Positions 48,653-58,080 of a stretch of DNA of 64,000 bases are shown here, piece by piece; position 1 is the stretch's first letter, and every line of letters starts with the position of its first letter. The translations under genes were made by a program, and so were the position numbers. The notes beneath the pieces are model-generated. The model searched no databases, was not told where the DNA came from, and saw nothing but the letters and a program-made list of their open reading frames with translations. The DNA comes from Lentisphaerota bacterium (GTDB taxonomy: Bacteria > Verrucomicrobiota > Lentisphaeria > Victivallales > Victivallaceae): contig SUWF01000002.1 of NCBI GenBank assembly GCA_015061575.1, positions 18,521-82,520 on the forward strand, in the 5' to 3' direction.

Positions 48653-48883
48653 ATGACAAATAAAGTTTACAAGCCGGGATTTTTCTGTGCGTTATTCTGG
48701 GTGATAAGTTGGGCGGGGATGTTCTGTGGTATAGCTGTATTGTTTATAAACTGGGAACACGCCGCAAGGGTGATGTGGTGGTCGTGGGGTGTAAGCGCCG
48801 GTGCTGCCATAATATCTTACATTATCAGAGCGATCGAAAAATCCTCTTTCGATGGGCGTTGGTCATGGCATTGGTTTGACTGA
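48653..48883 (+). CDS. Small Trp-rich two-TM membrane protein, unknown function
   Basis: GAGGTG RBS. 76 aa: FFCALFWVISWAGMFCGIAVLFINW ... WWSWGVSAGAAIISYII. Confidence 0.5.
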   Translation: MTNKVYKPGFFCALFWVISWAGMFCGIAVLFINWEHAARVMWWSWGVSAGAAIISYIIRAIEKSSFDGRWSWHWFD

Positions 48884-48967
48884 TGCAGCCAGGTTCTTTG
48901 CTGATCTGTTAAAAAGCCGTATAAAGCTGAGGTTGATCAAAATGTTGGCTTTTTTTCTTTGAATTAC

Positions 48968-48995
48968 TTGAAATCCGGCATTTTTGATGTATATT
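48968..48995 (+). promoter_or_regulatory. Sigma70-like promoter for nagB
   Basis: TTGAAA (48968-48973), 16 nt, TATATT (48990-48995). A GCTGAA-TCGG-TTCAGC dyad lies downstream at about 49017-49032. Confidence 0.4.
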
Positions 48996-49073
48996 CTCTC
49001 TGTTTAGATTTATTCGCTGAATCGGTTCAGCGCAATCTGTTCAGTTCAATCCTTAAATTTAAGAAGGTGAAAA

Positions 49074-49817
49074 ATGGAAGTCAAAGTTCTCAAGAACAAA
49101 ACCGAAATGAGTAAGGCTGCTGCCGCTTATGGTGCAGAGGTCCTGCGTAAAGTTCTGGCCGAAAAAGGCGCAGTCAATATGATCGCTGCCACCGCTCCCA
49201 GCCAGTTTGAAATGATGAGCTTCCTCGTGCAGGAGCCCGGGATCGATTGGTCCAAGGTCACTTTGTTCCACTTGGATGAATACATTGGTTTGCCCCCCGG
49301 CCACAAGGCTGGTTTCCGTCTGAACTTGCGCGAAAACTTTATCGATAAGCTGCCCTGCAAGCTGGCTGATGTCTACTTTGTCGAAGGCGATACCGATGAT
49401 CCGGCCGCTTTCTGCGCCAAGATGAAGAAGGTTCTGGCTGATCACCCCGTTGATATTGCTTTTATCGGCGTTGGCGAAAATGGTCACATTGCGTTCAATG
49501 ACCCGCCGGCTGATTTTGATACCGACGAAGCTTTCCTCGTGGTCAAACTCGATGATGCCTGCCGCAATCAGCAGCTGGGCGAAGGCTGGTTCCCGACCTT
49601 TGATGCGGTTCCGACCCACGCTTTCAGCATGAGCGTTCCCCAGATCTGCAAGAGCAAAGTCATCGTCAACGTTGTGCCGGATGAACGCAAAGCTCAGGCG
49701 ATCAAGGGTATGCTCGAAGGTCCGGTGACCAATACCTGCCCGGCGTCGATCCTGCAGAATCATCCGCATTGCGTTACTTTCCTCGATGAAGCCAGTGCTT
49801 CTTTGCTGAGCAAGTAA
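49074..49817 (+). CDS. nagB: Glucosamine-6-phosphate deaminase
   Basis: 247 aa. FHLDEYIGL and IGVGENGHIAFNDPP. Confidence 0.85.
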   Translation: MEVKVLKNKTEMSKAAAAYGAEVLRKVLAEKGAVNMIAATAPSQFEMMSFLVQEPGIDWSKVTLFHLDEYIGLPPGHKAGFRLNLRENFIDKLPCKLADVYFVEGDTDDPAAFCAKMKKVLADHPVDIAFIGVGENGHIAFNDPPADFDTDEAFLVVKLDDACRNQQLGEGWFPTFDAVPTHAFSMSVPQICKSKVIVNVVPDERKAQAIKGMLEGPVTNTCPASILQNHPHCVTFLDEASASLLSK

Positions 49818-49861
49818 TGCGGTAAGCTGCCGGGATCCATCAGGATTCTTGCACTGAAAAA

Positions 49862-49898
49862 CGCTGTCCGGCTTGATAAAAGCTGGATGGCGTTTTTT
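49862..49898 (+). terminator. Rho-independent terminator after nagB
   Basis: 11-bp stem (3 G-U pairs): CGCTGTCCGGC / GCTGGATGGCG. 9-nt loop, then T6. Confidence 0.55.
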
Positions 49899-50030
49899 CA
49901 TGTCGGGAATGTGCGGTTGAGTTGCGGAGTTTTTTGCTTGTTGAGGTTGAAAAAAAATAAAACAGTGCTATATTAAATATAACATTATACATTTTTTAAG
50001 TTTATTTTTTAACCCCGTTCGCCGGAGAGT

Positions 50031-51533
50031 ATGATGAAGAATCAATACCTTGAAGAATTCATGAACGCCTTCAAGTTTGAAGGACTTACTTTTGATGACG
50101 TATCGCTGATCACGCAGTATGCTGATTTTCTGCCCTACGAAACTTGTGTGGAAAGCCGTTTTTCACGCAATGTCAAACTGAATATACCGTTTGCTTCGGC
50201 GGCAATGGATACGGTTACAGAAGGTTCCATGGCCATTGCGATGGCCCGTTTGGGCGGTATCGGGGTCATTCACAAAAATCTTTCGGTGGCCCGGCAGGTC
50301 GAAGAAGTTCGCAAGGTCAAACTTTATTTGAACGGGATCATCGAAAATCCGGCCGTCTTCACGCCCGATATGACTGTGGAAGAAATGTTGGTCGAAAAGC
50401 GCAACAAACAGTATAAATTCTCCGGTTTCCCCATTGTGGATGCTGACGGCAAGCTGCTGGGTATCATCACGGCCCGGGATTTGAAGTTCCTGACCCGGCA
50501 TGATGTCAAAATCGGTGACGTTATGCAGAAAGCCGTAGTCACGGCTCCCGAAGGCACCACCTTGCAGGATGCTTACAAGATCATGCTCGATAAGCACGTC
50601 GGCAAGCTGCCCACGATCGATGCCAACGGCAAACTTACCGGCCTTTACAGCTATCAGGATGTGCGCACGCTGTTGGAAAATGAAGAACCCGATTACAACC
50701 GTGACAGCCGTCACCAGCTGCGGGTTGCCGCTGCGATCGGCCCCTATGATATGGAACGTGCCGAAGCTCTGGTCAAGGCCGGGGTCGATGTGATGGTTTT
50801 GGATACAGCTCATGGCGACAGCAAAGGAGTTATTGAATCGGTTGCTGAATTTAAGAAGGTCTTTGGCGATAAGGTCGATGTGGTGGCCGGTAACGTGGCT
50901 ACTGCTGAAGCAGCCAAGGCGTTGGCTGATGCCGGTGCAGACGGCGTTAAAGTCGGTATCGGTCCCGGTTCGATCTGTACCACCCGGGTGGTGGCTGGGG
51001 TCGGGGTCCCGCAGGTTACAGCAGTATTCAACGCTGCCCGTGCGCTGCCGGCTGACGTGCCGGTGATCGCTGACGGCGGTATCAAGCAGTCTGGCGATAT
51101 TGCCAAGGCTTTGGCGTTTGGTGCCAGCTCGGTAATGATGGGTTCGGCTTTGGCCGGTACGGCAGAAAGTACCGGGGAAGTTACGCTGCATCAGGGACGC
51201 CGTTATGTGATCTATCGCGGTATGGGCAGTCTGGAAGCTATGAAAACCGGCAAAGCCAGCCGTGAACGTTACGGTCAGCAGGATGTTGATACCGATAAAA
51301 AACTCGTGCCGCAGGGTATTGAAGGTTTGGTCCCGTATCGCGGCCCGGTGGCGGACGTGGTGTTCCAGATGGTTGGCGGTTTGCGCTATTCGCTGGGATA
51401 TTGCGGAGCCCGCACTATTCCGGAATTGCAGGAAAAGGCCAAGGTCATCCGGGTCACTGCTGCCGGTCTGCGCGAAGCGCATCCGCACGATGTTACCATG
51501 CTCAAGGATGCGCCGAACTACTCTTCCAACTGA
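50031..51533 (+). CDS. guaB: IMP dehydrogenase (with CBS pair)
   Basis: [10 protein letters not shown], catalytic loop [23 protein letters not shown]. The start could be 50031, 50034 or 50061. Confidence 0.93.
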   Translation: MMKNQYLEEFMNAFKFEGLTFDDVSLITQYADFLPYETCVESRFSRNVKLNIPFASAAMDTVTEGSMAIAMARLGGIGVIHKNLSVARQVEEVRKVKLYLNGIIENPAVFTPDMTVEEMLVEKRNKQYKFSGFPIVDADGKLLGIITARDLKFLTRHDVKIGDVMQKAVVTAPEGTTLQDAYKIMLDKHVGKLPTIDANGKLTGLYSYQDVRTLLENEEPDYNRDSRHQLRVAAAIGPYDMERAEALVKAGVDVMVLDTAHGDSKGVIESVAEFKKVFGDKVDVVAGNVATAEAAKALADAGADGVKVGIGPGSICTTRVVAGVGVPQVTAVFNAARALPADVPVIADGGIKQSGDIAKALAFGASSVMMGSALAGTAESTGEVTLHQGRRYVIYRGMGSLEAMKTGKASRERYGQQDVDTDKKLVPQGIEGLVPYRGPVADVVFQMVGGLRYSLGYCGARTIPELQEKAKVIRVTAAGLREAHPHDVTMLKDAPNYSSN

Positions 51534-51553
51534 GAGTAAATCGTTTAACTCCA

Positions 51554-51586
51554 AGCCGTCGGGATCGCTTTCCGGCGGCTTTTTTG
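51554..51586 (+). terminator. Rho-independent terminator after guaB
   Basis: AGCCGTCGG / CCGGCGGCT stem, followed by T5. Confidence 0.7.
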
Positions 51587-51731
51587 CTGTTGGTGTGCCG
51601 CCTGGTGGTAAAATACAGCTCAAAACGCACAGCTTTAGGCCTTTTTACGATGGAACGGCCTTGAAAAATAGAGTTTTTACGCTATATTATCATGTCATCT
51701 TAAAGCAGTAATAATAAGGATCGTTTTATAT

Positions 51732-52880
51732 ATGAGTAATGAATCAGATGAGATGCGCCGCACTTTAGTCGCATCCTGCAATAAAATTGTGGTCAAGGCA
51801 GGTACCCGGCTTTTGACCGACCCCCGCCGTTTCAGCGAATTGATCGCCGGGATCGCCGCTTTGCGGGAGAAAAATTACAAGGTTTTGCTGGTTTCTTCCG
51901 GCGCGGTCGGTACCGGGATGCGGGCGCTGGGCATGGATAAACGTCCCCGGCAGCTTTCGGAAGTGCAGGCGTTGGCGGCAGTCGGACAGGGCAAATTGAT
52001 GGCGCTGTACGATGCAGAGTGCCGCAAATACGGTTTCCACACTGCACAGCTGCTGCTGACTGCCGATGATCTGCGCCAGCGGTCACGCTATATAAATGCA
52101 GCCAACTGTATCAATGCGCTGTGGCGGCATGATGTGCTGCCGATCATCAATGAAAATGACTCGGTATCGGTCAATGAACTTAAATTTGGCGATAACGACA
52201 CGCTGGCCGGGATGCTGGGAGCAGTGCTGGGCACTGATTTGACTATTATTCTGACCACCGAACAGGGATTGCGCAAGCGCAATGAAGATGGAACGCTTGG
52301 TGAACGTATTTCGCTGGTCAGAAAGCTTACGCCGGAAATGATCGCTGCCGCCGGAGATACCGACAACAGCTCTATGAGTATCGGCGGCATGATCTCCAAG
52401 CTCCGGGCTGCCAATCTGGTGACTGAAGCCGGTTCTTATTTGTGGATAGCCGACGGCCGGGAACATGGTATTCTGGAAAAGATCGCCAATGGTGAAGATG
52501 TCGGTACGCTCTTCTGTCCCCGGCGTGGCAAGCTGCATTCCCGGCAGTGCTGGATCAAATTTTTTGCCCGGGCGTCCGGTTCGCTTACGCTGGATGCCGG
52601 AGCGATCAAGGCAGTGCGGGAAGCCGGCAAGAGTCTGCTGCCTTCCGGGGTCACAGGCGTATTCGGATCGTTCAAGCGGGGCGATACCATTGAACTTTGC
52701 ACCAGCAAGGGCGAAGTAATCGCCCGGGGATTGAGCAACTATTCCAGCAGCGAATGTGCTGAATTAATGGGTAAGCACCAAGATGAATTGATCGCCATGT
52801 TGGGCAGTGCAGCAGATGCGGAGTTTGTGCATCGGGATAATCTGGTGCTGGCTCCGGAGTTGAAAGGATCACTCAAGTGA
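51732..52880 (+). CDS. proB: Glutamate 5-kinase (with PUA domain)
   Basis: KIVVKAGTRLLT, LVSSGAVGTGM. The C-terminal PUA-like ...GDTIELCTSKGEVIARGLSNYSS. Confidence 0.92.
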   Translation: MSNESDEMRRTLVASCNKIVVKAGTRLLTDPRRFSELIAGIAALREKNYKVLLVSSGAVGTGMRALGMDKRPRQLSEVQALAAVGQGKLMALYDAECRKYGFHTAQLLLTADDLRQRSRYINAANCINALWRHDVLPIINENDSVSVNELKFGDNDTLAGMLGAVLGTDLTIILTTEQGLRKRNEDGTLGERISLVRKLTPEMIAAAGDTDNSSMSIGGMISKLRAANLVTEAGSYLWIADGREHGILEKIANGEDVGTLFCPRRGKLHSRQCWIKFFARASGSLTLDAGAIKAVREAGKSLLPSGVTGVFGSFKRGDTIELCTSKGEVIARGLSNYSSSECAELMGKHQDELIAMLGSAADAEFVHRDNLVLAPELKGSLK

Positions 52881-54235
52881 AAGTTTTTATCAAAACCTAT
52901 GGTTGCCAGATGAATGTGCGCGATTCCGAAGCACTCGCTGGCATGTTGACCCGTTCCGGAGCAGAACTTACAGCCAGCGAAGCTGATGCGGACGTGATGA
53001 TCTTCAACACTTGCAGTGTCCGTGATCAGGCGGAGCGCAAGGCCATCGGCAAGATAACTTTTATGAAAAAATATAAAAAGCTCAATCCGGAGCTGATCAT
53101 TGGGGTTATCGGCTGCATGGCTCAAAACCGTGGTCAGGAACTGTTGGATAAAATTAGCCATCTGGATTTTGCTTTGGGGACCGGACAGCTGCACCGCTTG
53201 ACTGAGGTCGTGGAAAAAATCCGGCGCCACCGCCAGCAGATCGCTTTGCTGGAAGACAGTTCCGAAGTGCTGGATGCTATGGGTATGCACAGTAACTGGC
53301 AGAATTCCCGGCCGCATACCGGAATGATCGCCATTACCAGAGGATGCAACCGTTTTTGCTCGTACTGCATAGTTCCTTATGTGCGGGGGCGGGAAATCAG
53401 CCGCAAACTCAGCGATATTGTTGATGAGGCAAAAATGCTCGCCGAACAGGGCGTACGGGAAGTTATGCTTTTGGGGCAGAACGTGGCGGCTTACGGATGT
53501 AATGGCAACATCAATCCACCGCCGGCCAATGAATCGCCCTTTGGCGAATTGCTGCAGGAAATCGCCCGGATCGATGGGATCAAACGGATCCGCTACACGT
53601 CGCCGTATCCGACATTTTTTACGGATAAACTCATTGATATTATTGCTTCAGAGCCGAAAATCTGCCGCAATGTGCATTTGCCGATGCAGTCCGGGTCGGA
53701 TCGGATTCTCCGCAGTATGAACCGCCAATACACCGCCGCAAGCTATTTGGAAATTGTTAATAAGTTGAAAAATGCGATTGGCGAAGTGACCTTTTCAACC
53801 GATGTGATCGTGGGATTTCCCGGAGAAACCGATGAAGATTTTATCTGTACAAAAAATCTGATGAATGAAGTCGGCTTTGATCACGCATTTATTTTTAAGT
53901 ATTCTCCCCGCAGCGGAGCTAAATCTGCTGAGTGGATCGACGATGTGCCGCAGGAAGTTAAAGAGGAGCGCAATCAGATATTACTCAAGGATTTGGAACG
54001 TCGTTCCATTGCCGGGAATCTCTCCTGCGTGGGGCGCACGCTGGAAGTTATGGTCGATGGCGTCAGCCCCCGCAATCCTGAGCGCTGGTCCGGACGGACT
54101 TCCACGGCCAGAACGGTGGTCTTTAAGTATGCAGACGGCATGAAGCCGGGTGATTTGATCAATGTCCCGATCGATCGGGCAGGGCGGGTAACGCTGTTCG
54201 GCCCCGGACTGGTTGGTGCTGACGAAGAGCTTTAA
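52877..54235 (+). CDS. miaB: tRNA-2-methylthio-N6-dimethylallyladenosine synthase
   Basis: MKVFIKTYGCQMNVRDSE, radical-SAM CNRFCSYCIVPYVRG, C-terminal TRAM. GTG start overlaps the proB stop (GTGA). Confidence 0.92.
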   Translation: MKVFIKTYGCQMNVRDSEALAGMLTRSGAELTASEADADVMIFNTCSVRDQAERKAIGKITFMKKYKKLNPELIIGVIGCMAQNRGQELLDKISHLDFALGTGQLHRLTEVVEKIRRHRQQIALLEDSSEVLDAMGMHSNWQNSRPHTGMIAITRGCNRFCSYCIVPYVRGREISRKLSDIVDEAKMLAEQGVREVMLLGQNVAAYGCNGNINPPPANESPFGELLQEIARIDGIKRIRYTSPYPTFFTDKLIDIIASEPKICRNVHLPMQSGSDRILRSMNRQYTAASYLEIVNKLKNAIGEVTFSTDVIVGFPGETDEDFICTKNLMNEVGFDHAFIFKYSPRSGAKSAEWIDDVPQEVKEERNQILLKDLERRSIAGNLSCVGRTLEVMVDGVSPRNPERWSGRTSTARTVVFKYADGMKPGDLINVPIDRAGRVTLFGPGLVGADEEL

Positions 54236-54309
54236 GGTCCCTTTATTGCAAGTTCCCCAAGCGACTGTTGCATTGTTTGCCAAATTGGCTTATGATGCAG
54301 CACCGCTGC

Positions 54310-54498
54310 TGCGTTCAAATCCGGTATGGCAATATCAACCACGCTGTACTCAAATAGTGTAATACAGCACGAAGCATGGCACAAAATGGAAACTGCTTGA
54401 ATAGCAGTGTTATGGAAAAGTTCTTCGGACGTTTGAAAACAGCGATGTTTTTGGACAAAACATTTTCTTCTGTTGAGGATTTTCAGCAAAAAATTAGT
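54310..54498 (+). pseudogene. Remnant of an IS3-family transposase (C-terminal end of the integrase core), degraded
   Basis: SMAQNGNCLNSSVMEKFFGRLKTAMF...FSSVEDFQQKI matches the SMSRKGNCxDNAxxESFFxxLKxE end of IS3 OrfB. The upstream frame is broken by stops. No inverted repeats seen. Confidence 0.6.
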
Positions 54499-54650
54499 GC
54501 CAAACGTAAGCAGATGCGTCAGTTGCCTGAATTTATGATGTTAAGCAGCTTGGAAACAAGGGACTTTGAAGCTGCAGAACGTGAAGAATTGCAAGCCCTG
54601 ATCAGTACCCTTCCAATAGAAAAAGTCCGTCAACTGCTTCAGGAGTTACG

Positions 54651-55958
54651 TTAAATAAACTTTTCGCATTCAGTAAGTATTTGGCTGATTCCATACAGCG
54701 GCAGATTTAAAAGCCAGTCATCGTGTCGGTAGTCTGACATGGAACTGCGTATGGAAATCGAAGGAGTGTATTTTTCTGAATAAACTTTCAAACTTTTAGC
54801 TTTCAAATTTTCTTCTGCTTTGACTTCAAGCGGGTAGATGCCGGATTTGTACTGGAATACAAAATCAACTTCTGCGGTAGCACGTTCAGCACTCCAATAA
54901 CAGGGAGTCAAACCCAAACAGCAACGCAGCTCTTGGGCAACATACTGTTCAGTCAACGCTCCTTTGAATTCATTAAAAAAAGCGTTTCCATTCAGCAGCG
55001 TAGTAGCATCAAGTCCGCTCATTGCTCCCAACAACCCCACATCAGAAAGAAACATTTTGAATCCTTCATCCGCATACGCCGGTAGCGGTAATGATGGTTT
55101 GGAAAGCCGGATGACCTGTTGGATCAATCCGCAATCTTTCAGCCATTGGATCGCCAATTCAAAGTCTTTGGCTCTTGCTCCTTTACGCAAAGCTCCGTAA
55201 ACAAAACGGCGGTTCTCTTTGGCCAGTTGCGATGGTATCGACTGCCAGACCATTCGGATGCGGGGCACTGTTTCCGCCGGAGCGTGTTTGGAAAAATCCT
55301 GCTCGTAAGCAGTTAAAATATTCTGCTGAACCTTGCGAACAGCGTTGAGATCATTTTCATCAATAAAAGTCTGAACGGCTTCCGGCATACCACCGATAAA
55401 GTAGTAATACCGCAGAAGTTCAATATATTTATTTTTGAATGTGGTAATCAGCTGCCAATCACCGCTTTTCAACAAATCCACCAGATTTTCATTGCCGGTG
55501 GCATTTAAAAATTCAGTAAAACTTAATGGATACAGATCCATAAAGTTTACTTTGCCGACCGGGAAACTGGTTCCCTGGTGCATGGCAACACCAAGCAGAC
55601 TTCCGGCAGCGATAACTGCATATTCGGGAGCCTCCTCACAGAAATACTTCAAACTGCTCAAAGCACGGGGAACTTCCTGAATCTCATCAAAAATCAGCAG
55701 CGTATCAGTCGTGATCTTCTGCCCACAGTAAATCTGCAAGCCGGAAATCAATCGCGGTATTTCCAAACTTCCTTCAAAAAGATTTGCCATATCCGGATTA
55801 CTGTCAAAGTTGATATAGACAAAGTTTTTGAACTCCAGTTTACCAAATTCTTTCATCAGCCATGTTTTACCGACCTGACGGGCTCCCCGTATCACCAGAG
55901 GTTTCCGATTCGGCGATATTTTCCACGCAGAAAGTTGAGCGATTGCTGTTCGTTTCAT
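54651..55958 (-). CDS. AAA+ ATPase with DUF4143 (COG1373-type, AAA_14 plus DUF4143)
   Basis: Start MKRTAIAQL 10 nt after AAGGAG. Walker A GARQVGKTW, Walker B LLIFDEIQEVP. C-terminal ...EVDFVFQYKSGIYPLEVKAEEN is restriction-endonuclease-like, as in DUF4143 proteins. Confidence 0.8.
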   Translation of the reverse strand: MKRTAIAQLSAWKISPNRKPLVIRGARQVGKTWLMKEFGKLEFKNFVYINFDSNPDMANLFEGSLEIPRLISGLQIYCGQKITTDTLLIFDEIQEVPRALSSLKYFCEEAPEYAVIAAGSLLGVAMHQGTSFPVGKVNFMDLYPLSFTEFLNATGNENLVDLLKSGDWQLITTFKNKYIELLRYYYFIGGMPEAVQTFIDENDLNAVRKVQQNILTAYEQDFSKHAPAETVPRIRMVWQSIPSQLAKENRRFVYGALRKGARAKDFELAIQWLKDCGLIQQVIRLSKPSLPLPAYADEGFKMFLSDVGLLGAMSGLDATTLLNGNAFFNEFKGALTEQYVAQELRCCLGLTPCYWSAERATAEVDFVFQYKSGIYPLEVKAEENLKAKSLKVYSEKYTPSISIRSSMSDYRHDDWLLNLPLYGISQILTECEKFI

Positions 55959-56096
55959 ATCTTTAATTCTCCTTTTTTGCATCTAAATATAGCATATATG
56001 TAACATTTTTTCAAATGAAAAATTGTGTTAAATAGCATTTTTTCAAATAAAAAGCAGTAATAAATAGCCAACATTGTATAATAAAACGGGCACCCA

Positions 56097-56357
56097 TCAT
56101 TTGGTGAGTGACTGCAAAAGCTTGTCGCCGAACAGTGTATTATGGATTTGTTCTTCGGACAAATTTCCGATGCAATCCGTTCCATTATGGACTTGCAACG
56201 AATTCTGCCGGTTACAAAGTTCGTTCAGTTCTGTTTCACTCAAATCACGGCAGTTGGCAAGCTTCACTTGCGGAGTTAATGTGAAATTAACTCCGAAGCG
56301 TGTTTCAGCAGAACCCAAAGTGTACTGCCTGGCTCCGGCATCGAGTTGACAATTCAA
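56097..56357 (-). CDS. Doubtful 86-codon ORF (TTG start), possibly a gene fragment
   Basis: No recognisable RBS or family. Contains a perfect 10-bp inverted repeat (56271-56295). An upstream ORF in another frame could join it through a frameshift. Confidence 0.2.
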   Translation of the reverse strand: MNCQLDAGARQYTLGSAETRFGVNFTLTPQVKLANCRDLSETELNELCNRQNSLQVHNGTDCIGNLSEEQIHNTLFGDKLLQSLTK

Positions 56358-56602
56358 TTTGTAAAAACGTCCGGCAACTTGCGAAGTGTGAGCGTTTGAA
56401 CAATTTAGGCATTGCGGCGGTTAGTCTTGCCATAATTTGGTTCTCTTTTGGGTTAAAAATCATTTGCGGGAACTACTCGCACAAAAGAATTATGGCTACA
56501 ATTATGGCTGCATGGCGGTATTTTTTATTTTTTTTTGATGAAGATAAAAAACAACACCGGCTGCAACTCATTGAGTTTACCAGTGTTTTGAGGCAAAAAA
56601 AA

Positions 56603-56680
<78 letters not shown>

Positions 56681-56829
56681 CACTTGTATGAGTCTTTAAT
56701 ATAGCCCGTTTTATTGTTTTTGCAATATTTAATGTGATGAAAAATAAAAAAAAATCAGTTTTTTATCTTGTTATCTGGCAATGACAGTTTTTTAGTGATA
56801 TATTAATTAGTGTAAAAGGGGTGTTTTTT

Positions 56830-57960
56830 ATGAAAATTTTTTATTTGAATATTTTGGGTAGTTTGGCTGTCGTATTTGCTTGCGTACAACTTTCCGGTGC
56901 TGATTTGGTATTGAATGATGGGAGAATCTATAAAAATTACCGGATCAAGTCGGTTAATAATAATATTGCTACAGTTGTTTATACCCTGCCGGACGGCACT
57001 CCGGATGTGGTTTATTTGAACGCTGCAGATTTAGCTAATGCTCCGGCGGCGCGGGTGCAGCCCCCGGCGGGTTCCCCGGGAGCTGCCAAAAAGAATACTG
57101 CTGCCAAAAAACGTAAATCATGGCGCAGTGCCAAGACGTTGCGGGGTAAATTGATGGCGGCCGGTGAACAGCTTTATGATGATGTCAACGCTTTGCCGGC
57201 TAATGACTGGGCAGGCAGAAGTGCCATGGCCAACCGGATGCGTTCGCAAATCCAGCGGGTGATTGCCGGAATGAGCGAAGTTGCTGATTTTAAATTGATT
57301 GCCGCTAATCAAAACGGTGCGCTGCTGCGGGTGGTGGGGACTGAACCGGGGGCAAAATTCAAAAGCGGTCAGCATATTTTTGTGCAAAATCTGTCACCGC
57401 GATCAAGGACTTTCAAACTCCGGGTATATCCGGGCGGTGAGATCATTAATTATGGAAATTATGGCAATGTAATGGTTTATGCCGATAATGATGCGGCAGC
57501 TTGTGATATTGCCGTGGGATACATTGGTAATTATCTGGGCGATAACACGATCTTTAATCCGCTGCCGCCGGCTGCTGCCGCAGGTAATCCGGTTTTTCCC
57601 ACCCATGATCAGGGGCTGGCAAATGGCGAACAGCCTCCGCAAAATACGGTCATTAATAATTATTATATCGAAGATGATAATCGTGTTCCGGTTGTAGTTT
57701 GGCGCAATGGCGGCAACCGGAAGCCCGGTAAGCCCGGCAAGCCCCAGCGTCCGCCGGAAAAACGACCGGAACCGCCGCAGAAACCCGGAAGGCCGGATAT
57801 GGCGCCCGGCAAGCAGCCGCATAAACCGGAACCGCCGGAGCCGGAAAAGAAACGACCAACTTACAAATGGTCAAAATCTTCGGTTAACAAAAATAGTGGC
57901 CATAGCGGCAATTATGGTGTGCTGCCGGAATGGGCGGTTCCCGGTAAAACCCGCCGCTGA
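56830..57960 (+). CDS. Secreted hypothetical protein with a Pro/Lys-rich C-terminal region
   Basis: Signal MKIFYLNILGSLAVVFACVQLSGA. N-terminal DLVLNDGRIYKNYRIKSV repeat-type domain. C-terminal KPGKPGKPQRPPEKRPEPPQKPGRP...PEPPEPEKKRP. Confidence 0.6.
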   Translation: MKIFYLNILGSLAVVFACVQLSGADLVLNDGRIYKNYRIKSVNNNIATVVYTLPDGTPDVVYLNAADLANAPAARVQPPAGSPGAAKKNTAAKKRKSWRSAKTLRGKLMAAGEQLYDDVNALPANDWAGRSAMANRMRSQIQRVIAGMSEVADFKLIAANQNGALLRVVGTEPGAKFKSGQHIFVQNLSPRSRTFKLRVYPGGEIINYGNYGNVMVYADNDAAACDIAVGYIGNYLGDNTIFNPLPPAAAAGNPVFPTHDQGLANGEQPPQNTVINNYYIEDDNRVPVVVWRNGGNRKPGKPGKPQRPPEKRPEPPQKPGRPDMAPGKQPHKPEPPEPEKKRPTYKWSKSSVNKNSGHSGNYGVLPEWAVPGKTRR

Positions 57961-57999
57961 TGTTATCCGAAGACAGTTGGGTATGGGATATAAAAGTTC

Positions 58000-58033
58000 G
58001 AACCTGCTGCAAATTTAATTTTGCAGCAGGTTC
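58000..58033. terminator. Perfect 14-bp hairpin between convergent genes (bidirectional terminator candidate)
   Basis: GAACCTGCTGCAAA (58000-58013), loop TTTAAT, TTTGCAGCAGGTTC (58020-58033). AT-rich flanks on both sides. Confidence 0.65.
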
Positions 58034-58080
58034 TATATATTAGCGGTAAATCTGTATAGCTGTTACAGACGCATCACTCG

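Noticed and set aside
54300-54345. GTTCAAATCC string resembling a tRNA T-loop, considered as a tRNA fragment or att repeat for the islet.
   Set aside because: The flanking bases do not form a T stem. There is no match to the 3' end of tRNA-Arg (…GCGTTCGAATCGCGACGGGCATACCA).
54499-54654. C-terminal half of ORF 54376-54654 (…LSSLETRDFEAAEREELQALISTLPIEKVRQLLQELR) as a small antitoxin-like gene.
   Set aside because: It has no independent start or RBS. It is contiguous with the IS3 remnant frame, and I recognise no motif. It is probably read-through of degraded DNA.
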